This document shows, one piece after another, positions 8,903-19,089 of a stretch of 64,000 nucleotides of DNA; within the stretch, counting starts at the first letter, position 1; each line of letters starts with the position of its first letter. This stretch comes from Desulfomonilia bacterium (GTDB lineage: Bacteria > Desulfobacterota > Desulfomonilia > UBA1062): the NCBI GenBank assembly GCA_050014195.1, contig JBEKDT010000003.1, positions 206,204 through 270,203 of the forward strand. Reading direction: 5' to 3'. The notes under the pieces were generated by a model. The model did no database searches. It had not been told where the DNA came from and saw only the letters and a list, made by a program, of their open reading frames with translations. Position numbers and translations under genes: made by a program.

Positions 8903-10111
8903 TTAAAAGAAATATCCCCCTTGGAAGATCTCGCATTCTACAAATGATCCTTGTTCCAGAGATGCAGCCATTTTGGGCAAGACAATGAAGCAGTTGCCTC
9001 TTGCCATGGAGGTGAGGATGCCCGAGCCCTGGGGGCCTGTGGGGCTGACCACAAGATCATCGCCTATGCGCTCCAGAATACCCCTTAGGTAATGGGGCCT
9101 GTCGCCCTTGTTCTCCAGGGCCTCCTTGATCCGGGCGCGTACCCGGGGTAAGAGGATGTCATGACTGCCTTGCATCTTGAGGATGGCAGGCCTTGCAAAT
9201 TGATAGAACGAGGTCATGGCGGACACAGGATTCCCGGGAAGGCCGATGGCGGGGACACCGCACAGGGACCCAAATGCCAATGGCTTACCGGGCTTCATGT
9301 CTACAGTCCAGAATTCAAGGGCATTGCCTTCTTCGTGCATGATAGTCCTCACCAGGTCAAAATCCCCCATGGAGACCCCGCCGGAGGTAAGGATCAGATC
9401 AGCCTTATGCGCCGAGGCAAGTTTTGCGTTAAGGTCCGCCTTGTTGTCCTTGGCTATGCCCAGATAGAGAGGTATGGCGCCTACTGCCTTGATGAGGCCT
9501 ATCAAGGTATAGGAGTTTGAAGATATGATTGCCTGCGGGAAAGCTTCCTCACCGAGTTCTATAATTTCATCACCGGTGGCCAGTACAGCCACCACAGGTC
9601 TCTGGTAGACCTGCACCATGGGTCGCCTTATGGATGCCAGTACCCCGATCTGTGCGGGTCCAAGGAGCGAGCCTTTGGTAATGACGATCTGGCCCTCCCC
9701 GATGTCCTCCCCTTTGAAGCGGATGTTTTCTCGTTTTTGGGGCACCTTGTTGATCTTGACTCGTTGCCCATCCTCGTCGGTTTCCTCTCGCTTGACCACT
9801 GCATCTGCGCCCTCAGGGATAATCGCGCCGGTCATGATTTTGACGGCATGACCCTTGATCATGGGTTGGCTGGGCAGTACACCGGCGGGCAGGATGGAAT
9901 CGATCACCAGAGTTGTCCCAACCGAGGGCACATCTTCAGTGCGGATCGCATATCCGTCCATAGCGGAATTATCACAAGGGGGGATAGCACGTGTTGAGGT
10001 AATGTCCTCGGCAAGGTATCTTCCCAAAGAGTTTTCCAGTGAGACCCGTTCAGGAGGCAGGACCGGAATCTTTGTGAGGATAGTCTCTCTCGCTTTTTCA
10101 ACGCTCAGCAT
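8903..10111 (-). CDS. moeA: Molybdopterin molybdotransferase
   Basis: SAMDGYA, IMTGA, ATGDE, TSGGVSMGDFD, MKPGKP, LPGNPVSA. Confidence 0.95.
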   Translation of the reverse strand: MLSVEKARETILTKIPVLPPERVSLENSLGRYLAEDITSTRAIPPCDNSAMDGYAIRTEDVPSVGTTLVIDSILPAGVLPSQPMIKGHAVKIMTGAIIPEGADAVVKREETDEDGQRVKINKVPQKRENIRFKGEDIGEGQIVITKGSLLGPAQIGVLASIRRPMVQVYQRPVVAVLATGDEIIELGEEAFPQAIISSNSYTLIGLIKAVGAIPLYLGIAKDNKADLNAKLASAHKADLILTSGGVSMGDFDLVRTIMHEEGNALEFWTVDMKPGKPLAFGSLCGVPAIGLPGNPVSAMTSFYQFARPAILKMQGSHDILLPRVRARIKEALENKGDRPHYLRGILERIGDDLVVSPTGPQGSGILTSMARGNCFIVLPKMAASLEQGSFVECEIFQGGYFF

Positions 10112-10242
10112 GAACCCACCATAATACAATCGAAGATTATTTGGAGCGGCTTTAGCCGCAAAACTAAACAGTACCCACGAAAAAAATGTACACACTATGC
10201 CGCGCCCGGTGTCTTTAAAGAAATGTATCCTAATTTAATGCC

Positions 10243-11721
10243 TTGATCCAAGTCAAGATTCGATTCCGTATTGTCGATAGAGCCGTTATGGAACTCAGGG
10301 ATATCCTTGCGCCCCTGGATATTGAGATCAAGAAGGTTTCGATCCTTGGAGGCAGCATGGCAATTGTAGTGATCCCGCGTGAACACGCGGATATGGCGTT
10401 GCGGGCAAAGCGGGAGATGGACACCGCACTCACCTATGGAGATTATCTTATCCTCGGTATTTTTGGCATGGGTGCGGATGAGGCCTCGGCCCAGTTCCTC
10501 TCTATCCCAAAGGGTATTGCCGTATATCCTCATGAAGGCGCTGATATTCAGACCCTGTTCTTCGAGGCGGTAGAACGGTTCAACACAAGCAAAGGGAACT
10601 CCCCCTGGGTCAAAAGTCTGTGGGAGAGTATCAGAGAGACAGCCGCATTCGAAAAAGATGGAGATGGAGAGGCGAAGTTCCTTGGCAATGCATTCTATCA
10701 ATTCTATGCATTCATGGCATCTAGGCCCCAGGAGGTCGGCCAGGTTCTTGCTCAGATAAGCCAGGCCGACCGGCACTGGATCGAGGACCTCCTCCCCTTC
10801 GGTGTTGTATCGACACTTCAACCAAATGGAATCGCCAAAGATAGTGATATCGAACTGCTCATGCAGCAGTGGGGTTATCAAGAAAGGCTCGAGAAAAAGC
10901 GGGATATCGGAAAATTGACATTGCGGAAATTTCGCCATGTAGAGAACCTCTTTACCCTGCCTTCTATCTCCAGGGAGATCATCGAGCTTGCCGGAGATCC
11001 GATGGCCGCAGCATCCAGGATGGCAAAGATCATTGAGAAGGACCCGGTGCTCACATCCCGCCTGCTTAAGGTGGTGAATTCGGCCTTTTATGGGTTTCGG
11101 CGGCAGATCGTATCCGTGGAAAACGCAGTAGTGATCCTGGGCAACGACGAGGTCGTCAATCTCGCATTTTCCATTGCCATACACCAGGTCATGGAGCGGA
11201 TTGCTCCGAAAAAGGCAAGGCTCCTCTGGGAGCATTCTCTCATGGTGGCCCACCTGGCCCATTGGCTTGGCATTCTGTTGGGCTGTAGTGCGGGTAGTGC
11301 CTTGTATACGCTGGGACTCCTCCATGATTTCGGCAAGATCATTTTTCTTCAGCGGGGATACTGCCTGGGTGACCTGTCGGTCTTGTCTGGTCTTGATGAC
11401 CTGGCAAATGAGGAGATTGAAACAGGCCTTTCCCATGCAGAGATGGGGGCATATGTGGCTGAGAGGTGGAACCTCCCCGAAGACATTGTGGATGGCCTGT
11501 TAAACCACCACCTGCCCGGTAAGGCAAAGGATATCTGCCTGGCCGTGACGGCCCATCTCGCGGATATCATCGCGCATAAGCGAACAATAGCGCTGGATGA
11601 GGTAAATACCGCTGCTGCACGGATCCTCACGCCTGACAAGCTGGCGCTGCTGAGTGAAGATGTTGTTGCCAAGCGGTATGAGGATATGGAATTGAGGGTA
11701 AAGGCCCTTCTCGATATGTAG
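10243..11721 (+). CDS. HDOD-domain protein with unrecognised ~230-aa N-terminus
   Basis: IEKDPVLTSRLLKVVNSAFYG, WEHS, GLLHDFGK, HAEMGAYVAERWNLP..IV....NHH; start uncertain. Confidence 0.85.
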   Translation: MIQVKIRFRIVDRAVMELRDILAPLDIEIKKVSILGGSMAIVVIPREHADMALRAKREMDTALTYGDYLILGIFGMGADEASAQFLSIPKGIAVYPHEGADIQTLFFEAVERFNTSKGNSPWVKSLWESIRETAAFEKDGDGEAKFLGNAFYQFYAFMASRPQEVGQVLAQISQADRHWIEDLLPFGVVSTLQPNGIAKDSDIELLMQQWGYQERLEKKRDIGKLTLRKFRHVENLFTLPSISREIIELAGDPMAAASRMAKIIEKDPVLTSRLLKVVNSAFYGFRRQIVSVENAVVILGNDEVVNLAFSIAIHQVMERIAPKKARLLWEHSLMVAHLAHWLGILLGCSAGSALYTLGLLHDFGKIIFLQRGYCLGDLSVLSGLDDLANEEIETGLSHAEMGAYVAERWNLPEDIVDGLLNHHLPGKAKDICLAVTAHLADIIAHKRTIALDEVNTAAARILTPDKLALLSEDVVAKRYEDMELRVKALLDM

Positions 11722-11723
11722 CC

Positions 11724-12956
11724 ATGGAACGGGATATCGTATCCATCCTGAAAGAGCGCATTGTATCCCTTGAAGAGGGTTACGAGCAAAAGATTGCGGA
11801 GCTCTCCCTTCTCAAAGAGCTCGGGGAGGCCCTCAAGGGGACAAGCCTCTCCCATTGGAACCAGCTCTTCTTACGGCAGCTCGATATCATCAAACAGGCC
11901 ACCGGTATATACAGCATCTCGGTCATGCTCATAGACGAGCAGACCCAGACCCTGCATGTCGTGAGCGCTTCATTGATGAAGAACACACCCAATAGAGCGC
12001 CCATCCTGCTCAAAAGGGGCGAAGGGATTGCCGGCAAGGTAGTGGAGACAGGCAAGACCTTTTATATCCCTGATGTGACAAAGGACACCAACTTCTCCAA
12101 CAGGGGAACAAATCAGGAAGGGTCGCTGGCATGTGTTCCCATCATTGCGGAAGGACGCTGTATCGGGGTTATCAATTTCAGAGACAACATGCCCGGGATC
12201 TTTGGGGCCAATGACCTCAGGTTCTTCGAGCTCATCGCAGATCAGCTTTCCATTACCGCATCGCTTGTGCGGACATACCAGGACCTCCTTACCCTGGAAA
12301 AAAAACGGATGAATCTGAGCAGGTACTTCTCTCGAGGGCTGGCCGAGCACCTTGTAGCCGATGACCGCATGACTGGTCTCGGTGGGCAAAGGAAAATCGT
12401 GACCGTTGTGTTTGCCGACATCACCTCCTTCACAACACTCCTTGACAGCAACCCGGTGGAGCAGGTGGTTGAGGTGCTTAACAGGTTTTTTGAGACAGTT
12501 GTCCCGGTCATTTTTAAACATGGGGGCATGCTCGACAAGTTTCTGGGTGACGGCGTTATGGCGGTCTTTGGTATCCCGGATGAGACGGACACGGACCCGG
12601 TAAAGGCGATTCAGTGTGCCGTGGATATCCAGAAAGGCGTAATGGAGCTTAAAGATAAGCTTGTGAATGATGGGCTCTTTGCCATTGAGGTGGGTATCGG
12701 GATTGCCACCGGGTTAGTGGTAGCCGGGAATATCGGGTCGGCCGAGCAGATGAACTTTACGGTCATCGGCGAGCCTGTGAACCTTGCGCAGCGGCTCGAG
12801 ACCATCAGCTCTCCGGGAGAGATCATCGTCAGCAGCCTCACCACCGACGTGATGCCCAAGCATGTTGATGAAAAATTCTGCTTCGAGCCCATGGGATGTA
12901 TTCAGGTAAAAGGCATCCAACGTGCAATCAATGCCTTGAAAGTAATATACAAATAA
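11724..12956 (+). CDS. GAF-domain class III adenylate cyclase
   Basis: GEGIAGKVV...SLACVPI GAF; FADITSFT, DKFLGDGVMA, FTVIGEPVNLAQRLE with Lys/Thr ATP-specifying residues. Confidence 0.9.
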   Translation: MERDIVSILKERIVSLEEGYEQKIAELSLLKELGEALKGTSLSHWNQLFLRQLDIIKQATGIYSISVMLIDEQTQTLHVVSASLMKNTPNRAPILLKRGEGIAGKVVETGKTFYIPDVTKDTNFSNRGTNQEGSLACVPIIAEGRCIGVINFRDNMPGIFGANDLRFFELIADQLSITASLVRTYQDLLTLEKKRMNLSRYFSRGLAEHLVADDRMTGLGGQRKIVTVVFADITSFTTLLDSNPVEQVVEVLNRFFETVVPVIFKHGGMLDKFLGDGVMAVFGIPDETDTDPVKAIQCAVDIQKGVMELKDKLVNDGLFAIEVGIGIATGLVVAGNIGSAEQMNFTVIGEPVNLAQRLETISSPGEIIVSSLTTDVMPKHVDEKFCFEPMGCIQVKGIQRAINALKVIYK

Positions 12957-13105
12957 ATTTGTGTGGAGGGAACACAAGACCGGGCCCCTTTTGCGCTTGA
13001 CTTTGTAATTTGTTTCATTTAGTCCATGTCATACCGATTAATCAGTTTCGTGGGCCCTCACACAGTAACACCCCACATCAGCTCATAAAGCCGAAAGGAT
13101 TTTAT

Positions 13106-14353
13106 ATGCACTTAGAAGATTTAAAAAAAATGGACCCCAAGGATCTTCTCGAGACTGCGAACTCGCTGGAGATCGAGGGTTCAGCCACCATGAACAAGCA
13201 GGAGCTTATCTTTGCTATCCTCCAGGCCCAGGCCGAAAAAGATGTCTCCATCTCAGGCCAAGGGGTATTGGAGATCCTGCCCGACGGGTTCGGCTTCCTG
13301 CGTTCCGCCGACTACAGCTACCTGCCAGGCCCGGATGATATCTACGTCTCGCCTTCCCAGATCAGGAGGTTCAATCTCAAGAACGGCGATGAGGTGAGGG
13401 GCCAGATCAGGCCACCCAAGGACAACGAGCGGTATTTCGCCCTGTTGAAGCTGGAGACCATCAGCAATGAGGACCCGGAGGCAGCCAAGCACCGGGTGTC
13501 CTTTGACAACCTTACCCCGCTGTATCCCCTGAAGAAGTTCAAGCTCGAGACCGGGCCGGATAATCTCACCGGGCGTGTGCTCGATCTGCTTGTTCCTATC
13601 GGCAAGGGGCAGAGGGGCATGATCGTCTCCCCGCCCAAGGCAGGCAAGACCATGATGCTCCAGAGTGTTGCCAACAGCATAACGAAAAACCATCCCGACG
13701 TGGCATTGATGGTGCTCCTCATCGATGAGAGGCCTGAAGAGGTTACCGACATGCAGCGTTCCGTCAACGGAGAGGTCGTTGCATCCACCTTTGACGAGCC
13801 GGCTGCAAGGCACGTGCAAGTGGCCCGCATGGTCATGGAGAAGGCCAAGCGTCTTGTTGAATATAAGAAGGATGTAGTGATCCTTCTGGATTCGCTCACC
13901 AGGCTTGCCAGGGCACACAACACGGTTTGCCCCCCATCGGGCAAGCTGCTCTCGGGCGGTATTGATGCCAATGCCCTGCAAAAGCCGAAGAGGTTTTTCG
14001 GCTCGGCCCGTAACATAGAGGAGGGCGGCAGCATCACCATCATCGCTACAGCCCTGGTCGATACGGGCTCCCGAATGGATGAGGTCATCTACGAAGAATT
14101 CAAGGGCACAGGCAACCAGGAGATCCACCTTGACCGGTCAATCATGGAGAGAAGGGTCTTCCCGGCCATAGACATATCGAAATCCGGCACACGCAAAGAG
14201 GAGCTCCTGCTGCCCAAGGAGCAGCTGGATCGGATCTGGATCCTGCGGAAGCTCCTGAGCCCGCTCAATCCCATCGACAGCATAGAATTTTTGCTGGACA
14301 AATTATCTAAGACGCGTGATAATGCCGAATTTATGGATTCCATGAATAAATAG
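13106..14353 (+). CDS. rho: Transcription termination factor Rho
   Basis: [41 protein letters not shown]. Confidence 0.98.
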   Translation: MHLEDLKKMDPKDLLETANSLEIEGSATMNKQELIFAILQAQAEKDVSISGQGVLEILPDGFGFLRSADYSYLPGPDDIYVSPSQIRRFNLKNGDEVRGQIRPPKDNERYFALLKLETISNEDPEAAKHRVSFDNLTPLYPLKKFKLETGPDNLTGRVLDLLVPIGKGQRGMIVSPPKAGKTMMLQSVANSITKNHPDVALMVLLIDERPEEVTDMQRSVNGEVVASTFDEPAARHVQVARMVMEKAKRLVEYKKDVVILLDSLTRLARAHNTVCPPSGKLLSGGIDANALQKPKRFFGSARNIEEGGSITIIATALVDTGSRMDEVIYEEFKGTGNQEIHLDRSIMERRVFPAIDISKSGTRKEELLLPKEQLDRIWILRKLLSPLNPIDSIEFLLDKLSKTRDNAEFMDSMNK

Positions 14354-14364
14354 GAGTAGATACG

Positions 14365-14595
14365 ATGAAGAAAGGCATACACCCAGATTACTTCGAGACA
14401 ACGGTCACCTGCGGGTGCGGGAATACCTTCACCACACGCTCTACCAAGAAGGATATCCGCGTTGAAATCTGCAGCGCCTGCCACCCCTTCTATACAGGCC
14501 AGCAGAGGCTCACCTCTACAGCCGGCAAGGCCGAGCTGTTCAAGAGGAAGTACGGCGAGTACCTGAAAAAGGACAAGCAAGGTAAAAGCAAGTAA
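14365..14595 (+). CDS. rpmE: 50S ribosomal protein L31, Zn-binding type
   Basis: [28 protein letters not shown]. Confidence 0.97.
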   Translation: MKKGIHPDYFETTVTCGCGNTFTTRSTKKDIRVEICSACHPFYTGQQRLTSTAGKAELFKRKYGEYLKKDKQGKSK

Positions 14596-14610
14596 CCTTC
14601 GTAAAACGAC

Positions 14611-15678
14611 ATGCTCGACAAACTGAAGGAGATTGAGGAACGCTACCAGAAGCTCTCTGATCTCCTCGCCGATGAGAAAATCCTTGCGGATCACACCCAG
14701 TATACCGCCATTGCCAAGGAACAGGCATCTCTCGAGGAGATCATGGCCCCTTACCGGCGCCTCAAGCATATAGCGGCTGATATCGCCGAACACGAGACCA
14801 TGCTCGAGGACCCTGACCCTGATATCAGGAACCTCGTGAAGGATGAGCTCGAGGCATTGCAGGCCGAAATGGGGCGCCTCGAACAGCAGATTAAGGCCCT
14901 CTTCATACCCAAGGATCCCAATGACGGCAGGGACGTCATCCTCGAGATCAGGGCAGGCACGGGCGGAGAAGAGGCCGCACTTTTTGCTTCTGATCTCTTC
15001 CGGATGTATTCCCGTTATGCCGAAGAAAGGCGGTGGGCCATTGAGGTTCTCTCCATCAATGAGACCGGTATCGGAGGTATCAAGGAGGTCATCGCAGGCA
15101 TTAAGGGCAAGGGCGCCTACTCACGGCTCAAGTATGAGAGCGGCGTTCACCGGGTTCAGCGGGTCCCGGCCACTGAGGCGAGCGGGAGGATACACACCTC
15201 GGCGGTCACGGTTGCCGTGCTGCCGGAGGCCGAGGAGGTGGATGTGGATATTGACCCGAACGACCTGAGGATCGATACATTTCGGGCTTCCGGTGCAGGC
15301 GGCCAGCATGTGAATAAGACCGAGTCCGCGATTCGCATCACCCATATCCCCACCGGGATCGTGGTTTCCTGTCAGGATGAGAAGTCCCAACACAAGAACA
15401 AGGCGAAGGCTTTAAGGGTGATACGTACCCGTATCCTGCAGAAGAGGCAGGAAGACCAGGATCGCCAGATCGCATCCCAAAGACGCTCTCAGGTGGGTAC
15501 CGGTGACAGGAGCGAGCGCATCCGCACCTATAACTTTCCCCAAGGCCGTGTCACGGACCACCGGATCAACCTCACCGTGCATAGGCTGCCCCAGATCCTC
15601 GAGGGGGATATCGACGAGCTTATCGACGAGCTCACCACCCATTATCAGGACGAGGCGCTCAAGAAGACCGGGAGCTGA
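14611..15678 (+). CDS. prfA: Peptide chain release factor 1
   Basis: GTGGEEA, RVPATE (PxT), GAGGQHVN. Confidence 0.98.
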   Translation: MLDKLKEIEERYQKLSDLLADEKILADHTQYTAIAKEQASLEEIMAPYRRLKHIAADIAEHETMLEDPDPDIRNLVKDELEALQAEMGRLEQQIKALFIPKDPNDGRDVILEIRAGTGGEEAALFASDLFRMYSRYAEERRWAIEVLSINETGIGGIKEVIAGIKGKGAYSRLKYESGVHRVQRVPATEASGRIHTSAVTVAVLPEAEEVDVDIDPNDLRIDTFRASGAGGQHVNKTESAIRITHIPTGIVVSCQDEKSQHKNKAKALRVIRTRILQKRQEDQDRQIASQRRSQVGTGDRSERIRTYNFPQGRVTDHRINLTVHRLPQILEGDIDELIDELTTHYQDEALKKTGS

Positions 15679-15681
15679 GGA

Positions 15682-16533
15682 GTGGACGCCGCCATCTCCA
15701 AAGCGCTCGGGCGTGCCAGAGCCCTTCTCGCAGCGAAGCACATAGACTCTGCCGTTATCGATGCCGACCTGCTCCTTTCACATGTTCTCCACCTCAAAAG
15801 GATCGACCTCATTATCCAGAGGGACCGCATCTTAAGCCCTGAAGAACTTGATTCCTTCAACACCCTGATCGGGCGCAGGCTCAAGCGCGAGCCCGTTGCC
15901 TATATCATAGGAGAAAAGGAGTTCTTCGGCAGGCAGTTCAAGGTGAACCCCCACGTGCTTATCCCCAGACCCGAGACCGAGCTCCTGGTGGAGCAGGCAA
16001 TCGCACTGGCTCCCAAAGGATCAACGATCTTCGAGATCGGGGTGGGTTCTGGTGCGGTAAGTATATCGATCCTTTGTGAGAGGGCCGACCTGAAAGGCTT
16101 CGGCAATGACATCAGTATGCCTTCCCTCGCAACTTCGCGAGCCAATGCCGGGGCGCATGGTGTCTCGGACAGACTCCGCCTCTTTGCAGGGAATGTCATG
16201 GCAGGCTTACGGGTATTATGGCCTTTGATCATTGCTAATCCGCCGTATATCCCCTTGGCCGATGAGACCGACCTTGATGATGATGTCAGACGCTATGAGC
16301 CCAGGGCTGCCCTTTTCGGTGGAAAAGACGGGCTTGATATTGTAAAAGAGATCATCAAAGGGCTAAAAGGACATCTCGCCCCGGGAGGCACTCTCCTCAT
16401 GGAGGCGGGCATCGGCCAGAAAGACGCCATCGACACCTTGGTGAGCAGCATTGATGTTTTGCACGTAAAAACCTGGGTGAGCGATCTTGCAGGGATAGAA
16501 AGGGTCGTGATCATAGAGAGGGTTCATGGATAA
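15682..16533 (+). CDS. prmC: Release-factor glutamine methyltransferase
   Basis: LIPRPETE, EIGVGSGAV, NPPY; follows prfA. Confidence 0.95.
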   Translation: MDAAISKALGRARALLAAKHIDSAVIDADLLLSHVLHLKRIDLIIQRDRILSPEELDSFNTLIGRRLKREPVAYIIGEKEFFGRQFKVNPHVLIPRPETELLVEQAIALAPKGSTIFEIGVGSGAVSISILCERADLKGFGNDISMPSLATSRANAGAHGVSDRLRLFAGNVMAGLRVLWPLIIANPPYIPLADETDLDDDVRRYEPRAALFGGKDGLDIVKEIIKGLKGHLAPGGTLLMEAGIGQKDAIDTLVSSIDVLHVKTWVSDLAGIERVVIIERVHG

Positions 16534-17791
16534 GTTCATCATATACGGCGGTAACGCACTACGCGGGAGCGTTACTATTTCAGGGTCCAAGAATGCTGCA
16601 CTGCCAATACTCTGCTCATCTATCCTTGCAGATGGTTTGTGCACCTTCAACAATGTTCCGCGGCTCATGGACATTAAAACCATCTGTGAAGTGCTTGCTC
16701 AACTGGGCATCAAGGCAGACAAACCTGCGCAGAATACGGTCGTTCTAGACCCGACGGGCATCACTTCATATGAGGCCCCGTATGACCTGGTCAAGAGCAT
16801 GAGGGCGTCCATCCTGGTGCTGGGTCCATTGCTTGCCAAATATGGAAAGGCCAAGGTGTCGCTGCCCGGAGGGTGCGCCATTGGCATGAGGCCCATAGAC
16901 TTGCACCTGAAGGCCTTTGCCAAGATGGGGGCTGAAATTGAGCTTTCCCACGGGTACGTGATAGCCAATACCAAGAAATTGAAGGGCACCAGGATCGTGT
17001 TCGACAGCACCACCGTAGGCGGCACCGAGAACGTCATGATGGCGGCATGTCTGGCTGATGGAACCACCGTTATCGAGGGTGCGGCCAGGGAGCCCGAGGT
17101 TGTGGACCTTGCAGAGGCCTTGAATGCAATGGGCGCCCGCATCGAGGGCGTCGGCGAGAGCACCATGGTTATTGAGGGTGTGAAATCGCTTTCCGGGCTG
17201 AACTATGATATTATACCCGACCGGATTGAGCTGGCGACATTTCTGGTTGCAGCAGCCATCACCAAGGGGAAACTCACCATCAAGGGCGGCAGGGCCGGTC
17301 ATGTATCAGCCGTCATTGATAAGCTCATGGAGATGGGCATTCAGATTGAAGAAAGATCCGGCGGCAATATCCAGGTGAATGGTGATTGTGATCTGAAGCC
17401 TGTTGATGTACAGACCGTTCCCTACCCAGGGTTCCCCACTGATATGCAGGCGCAGATAATGTCTTTGGCCTGTATCGCTGATGGGGCCTCCAGTATCACG
17501 GAGAACATCTTCGAGAATCGTTTCATGCATGTGCCCGAACTCATGCGCATGGGGGCCAAGCTTGAGGAGAAGGGCACAACCGTGATCGTACGCGGTATCG
17601 ATCGATTCCAAGGAGCTTCCGTCATGGCAACCGACCTGAGGGCCTCAGCCAGTCTGGTGCTTGCTGCCTTGAACGCCAGCGGATACACCGAGATCAGGAG
17701 GATCTACCATCTGGACCGGGGTTATGAAGGCCTGGATCAGAAGCTCATCAAGCTCGGTGCGGAAGTATCCCGGGAGAAGGGCGGTCTGTGA
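16526..17791 (+). CDS. murA: UDP-N-acetylglucosamine 1-carboxyvinyltransferase
   Basis: GSKNAALP, LPGGCAIG.RP, PGFPTDMQ, ATDLRA. Confidence 0.98.
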   Translation: MDKFIIYGGNALRGSVTISGSKNAALPILCSSILADGLCTFNNVPRLMDIKTICEVLAQLGIKADKPAQNTVVLDPTGITSYEAPYDLVKSMRASILVLGPLLAKYGKAKVSLPGGCAIGMRPIDLHLKAFAKMGAEIELSHGYVIANTKKLKGTRIVFDSTTVGGTENVMMAACLADGTTVIEGAAREPEVVDLAEALNAMGARIEGVGESTMVIEGVKSLSGLNYDIIPDRIELATFLVAAAITKGKLTIKGGRAGHVSAVIDKLMEMGIQIEERSGGNIQVNGDCDLKPVDVQTVPYPGFPTDMQAQIMSLACIADGASSITENIFENRFMHVPELMRMGAKLEEKGTTVIVRGIDRFQGASVMATDLRASASLVLAALNASGYTEIRRIYHLDRGYEGLDQKLIKLGAEVSREKGGL

Positions 17792-19089
17792 TGATCATTA
17801 TCCGGACATCGGAAAAGGGCTGGAAAGAAAACTTAAGATCCCTGCTTGACCGTATGAGGGATGTACCTGATGAGGTGGACAATACGGTCAGACAGATCAT
17901 CGAGCAGGTCAGGACCAAGGGTGATGCTGCCCTGTTCGAATACTCGAGAACCTTTGACGGGTTCGATCCTGAAAAGGACGGGCTTTGCTTCGGCCCTGAC
18001 GAGATTGCTCAAGCCCATAAACAGAGCCCACCCGAGATGATAGAGGCGATTACGTGCGCTGCCAAGCGCATCGAGTCGTTCCATACCCACCAGAAGGAGC
18101 AATCCTGGTTCTTTGCCGATGAGTCGGGCACCATTCTCGGGCAGAAGGTTACTGCAATCGGCAGTGTGGGCATCTACATCCCGGGCGGCATGAACGCATT
18201 CCCTTCCACGGTACTCATGAATGTCATCCCTGCAAAGATTGCCGGCGTGGAAAATATCGTAGTGGTCTCCCCCACCCCTTCAGGCAGGGTGAGCCAGGCC
18301 CTGCTGGCTGCTGCCCACATTGCGGGCGTAGAGAGGATCTTTCGTATCGGGGGAGCCCAGGCCATAGCCGCACTGGCTTACGGAACAAAGAGCATCCCGA
18401 AGGTGGACAAGGTGGTGGGCCCGGGTAACATCTATGTGGCGCATGCCAAAAGGCTGCTCCAGGGAACCATAGGGATTGACGCCTTTGCAGGCCCTTCCGA
18501 GATACTCGTGATTGCCGATTCCGGGGCGGATCCTCATGTTGTGGCGTGCGATCTGCTCTCCCAGGCGGAGCACGATACAAAGGCATCAGCCATATTGATA
18601 ACGCCTTCGGAGGTGCTTGCCGGCAAGGTGCTCAAGGCCCTCAAGAAGGCCATCACTACCCTGCCGCGGAAAGACACCATCGCTCAGGCCCTTGACAACC
18701 ATGGTGCGTGCATCCTCACCAGGGATCTGGATGAGGCCGTAAGCATAGCCAATGAGGTCGCGCCCGAGCATCTGGAGCTCATGCTGGAAAACGCCTATGA
18801 ATATCTTGGCAGGATAAAGAATGCAGGGGCCGTCTTCCTCGGATATATGACCCCCGAGGCCATAGGTGATTATATGGCCGGGCCCAATCACACCCTGCCC
18901 ACGGGGTCCACGGCGCGGTTTTATTCACCGCTTGGGGTCTATGATTTCACCAAGCGCACGAGTGTCATCGGGATCTCGAAGCAGGCCATTGACACGCTGG
19001 GTCCCATGGCGGTGCGCATTGCCCGCGCTGAAGACCTGGAGGCACATGCACGATCAGTCGAATGCCGTCTGGGCAAACAAGATACTTGA
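17788..19089 (+). CDS. hisD: Histidinol dehydrogenase
   Basis: GIYIPGG, VGPGN, AGPSE, SQAEHD, APEHL, GPNHTLPT. Confidence 0.97.
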   Translation: MMIIIRTSEKGWKENLRSLLDRMRDVPDEVDNTVRQIIEQVRTKGDAALFEYSRTFDGFDPEKDGLCFGPDEIAQAHKQSPPEMIEAITCAAKRIESFHTHQKEQSWFFADESGTILGQKVTAIGSVGIYIPGGMNAFPSTVLMNVIPAKIAGVENIVVVSPTPSGRVSQALLAAAHIAGVERIFRIGGAQAIAALAYGTKSIPKVDKVVGPGNIYVAHAKRLLQGTIGIDAFAGPSEILVIADSGADPHVVACDLLSQAEHDTKASAILITPSEVLAGKVLKALKKAITTLPRKDTIAQALDNHGACILTRDLDEAVSIANEVAPEHLELMLENAYEYLGRIKNAGAVFLGYMTPEAIGDYMAGPNHTLPTGSTARFYSPLGVYDFTKRTSVIGISKQAIDTLGPMAVRIARAEDLEAHARSVECRLGKQDT

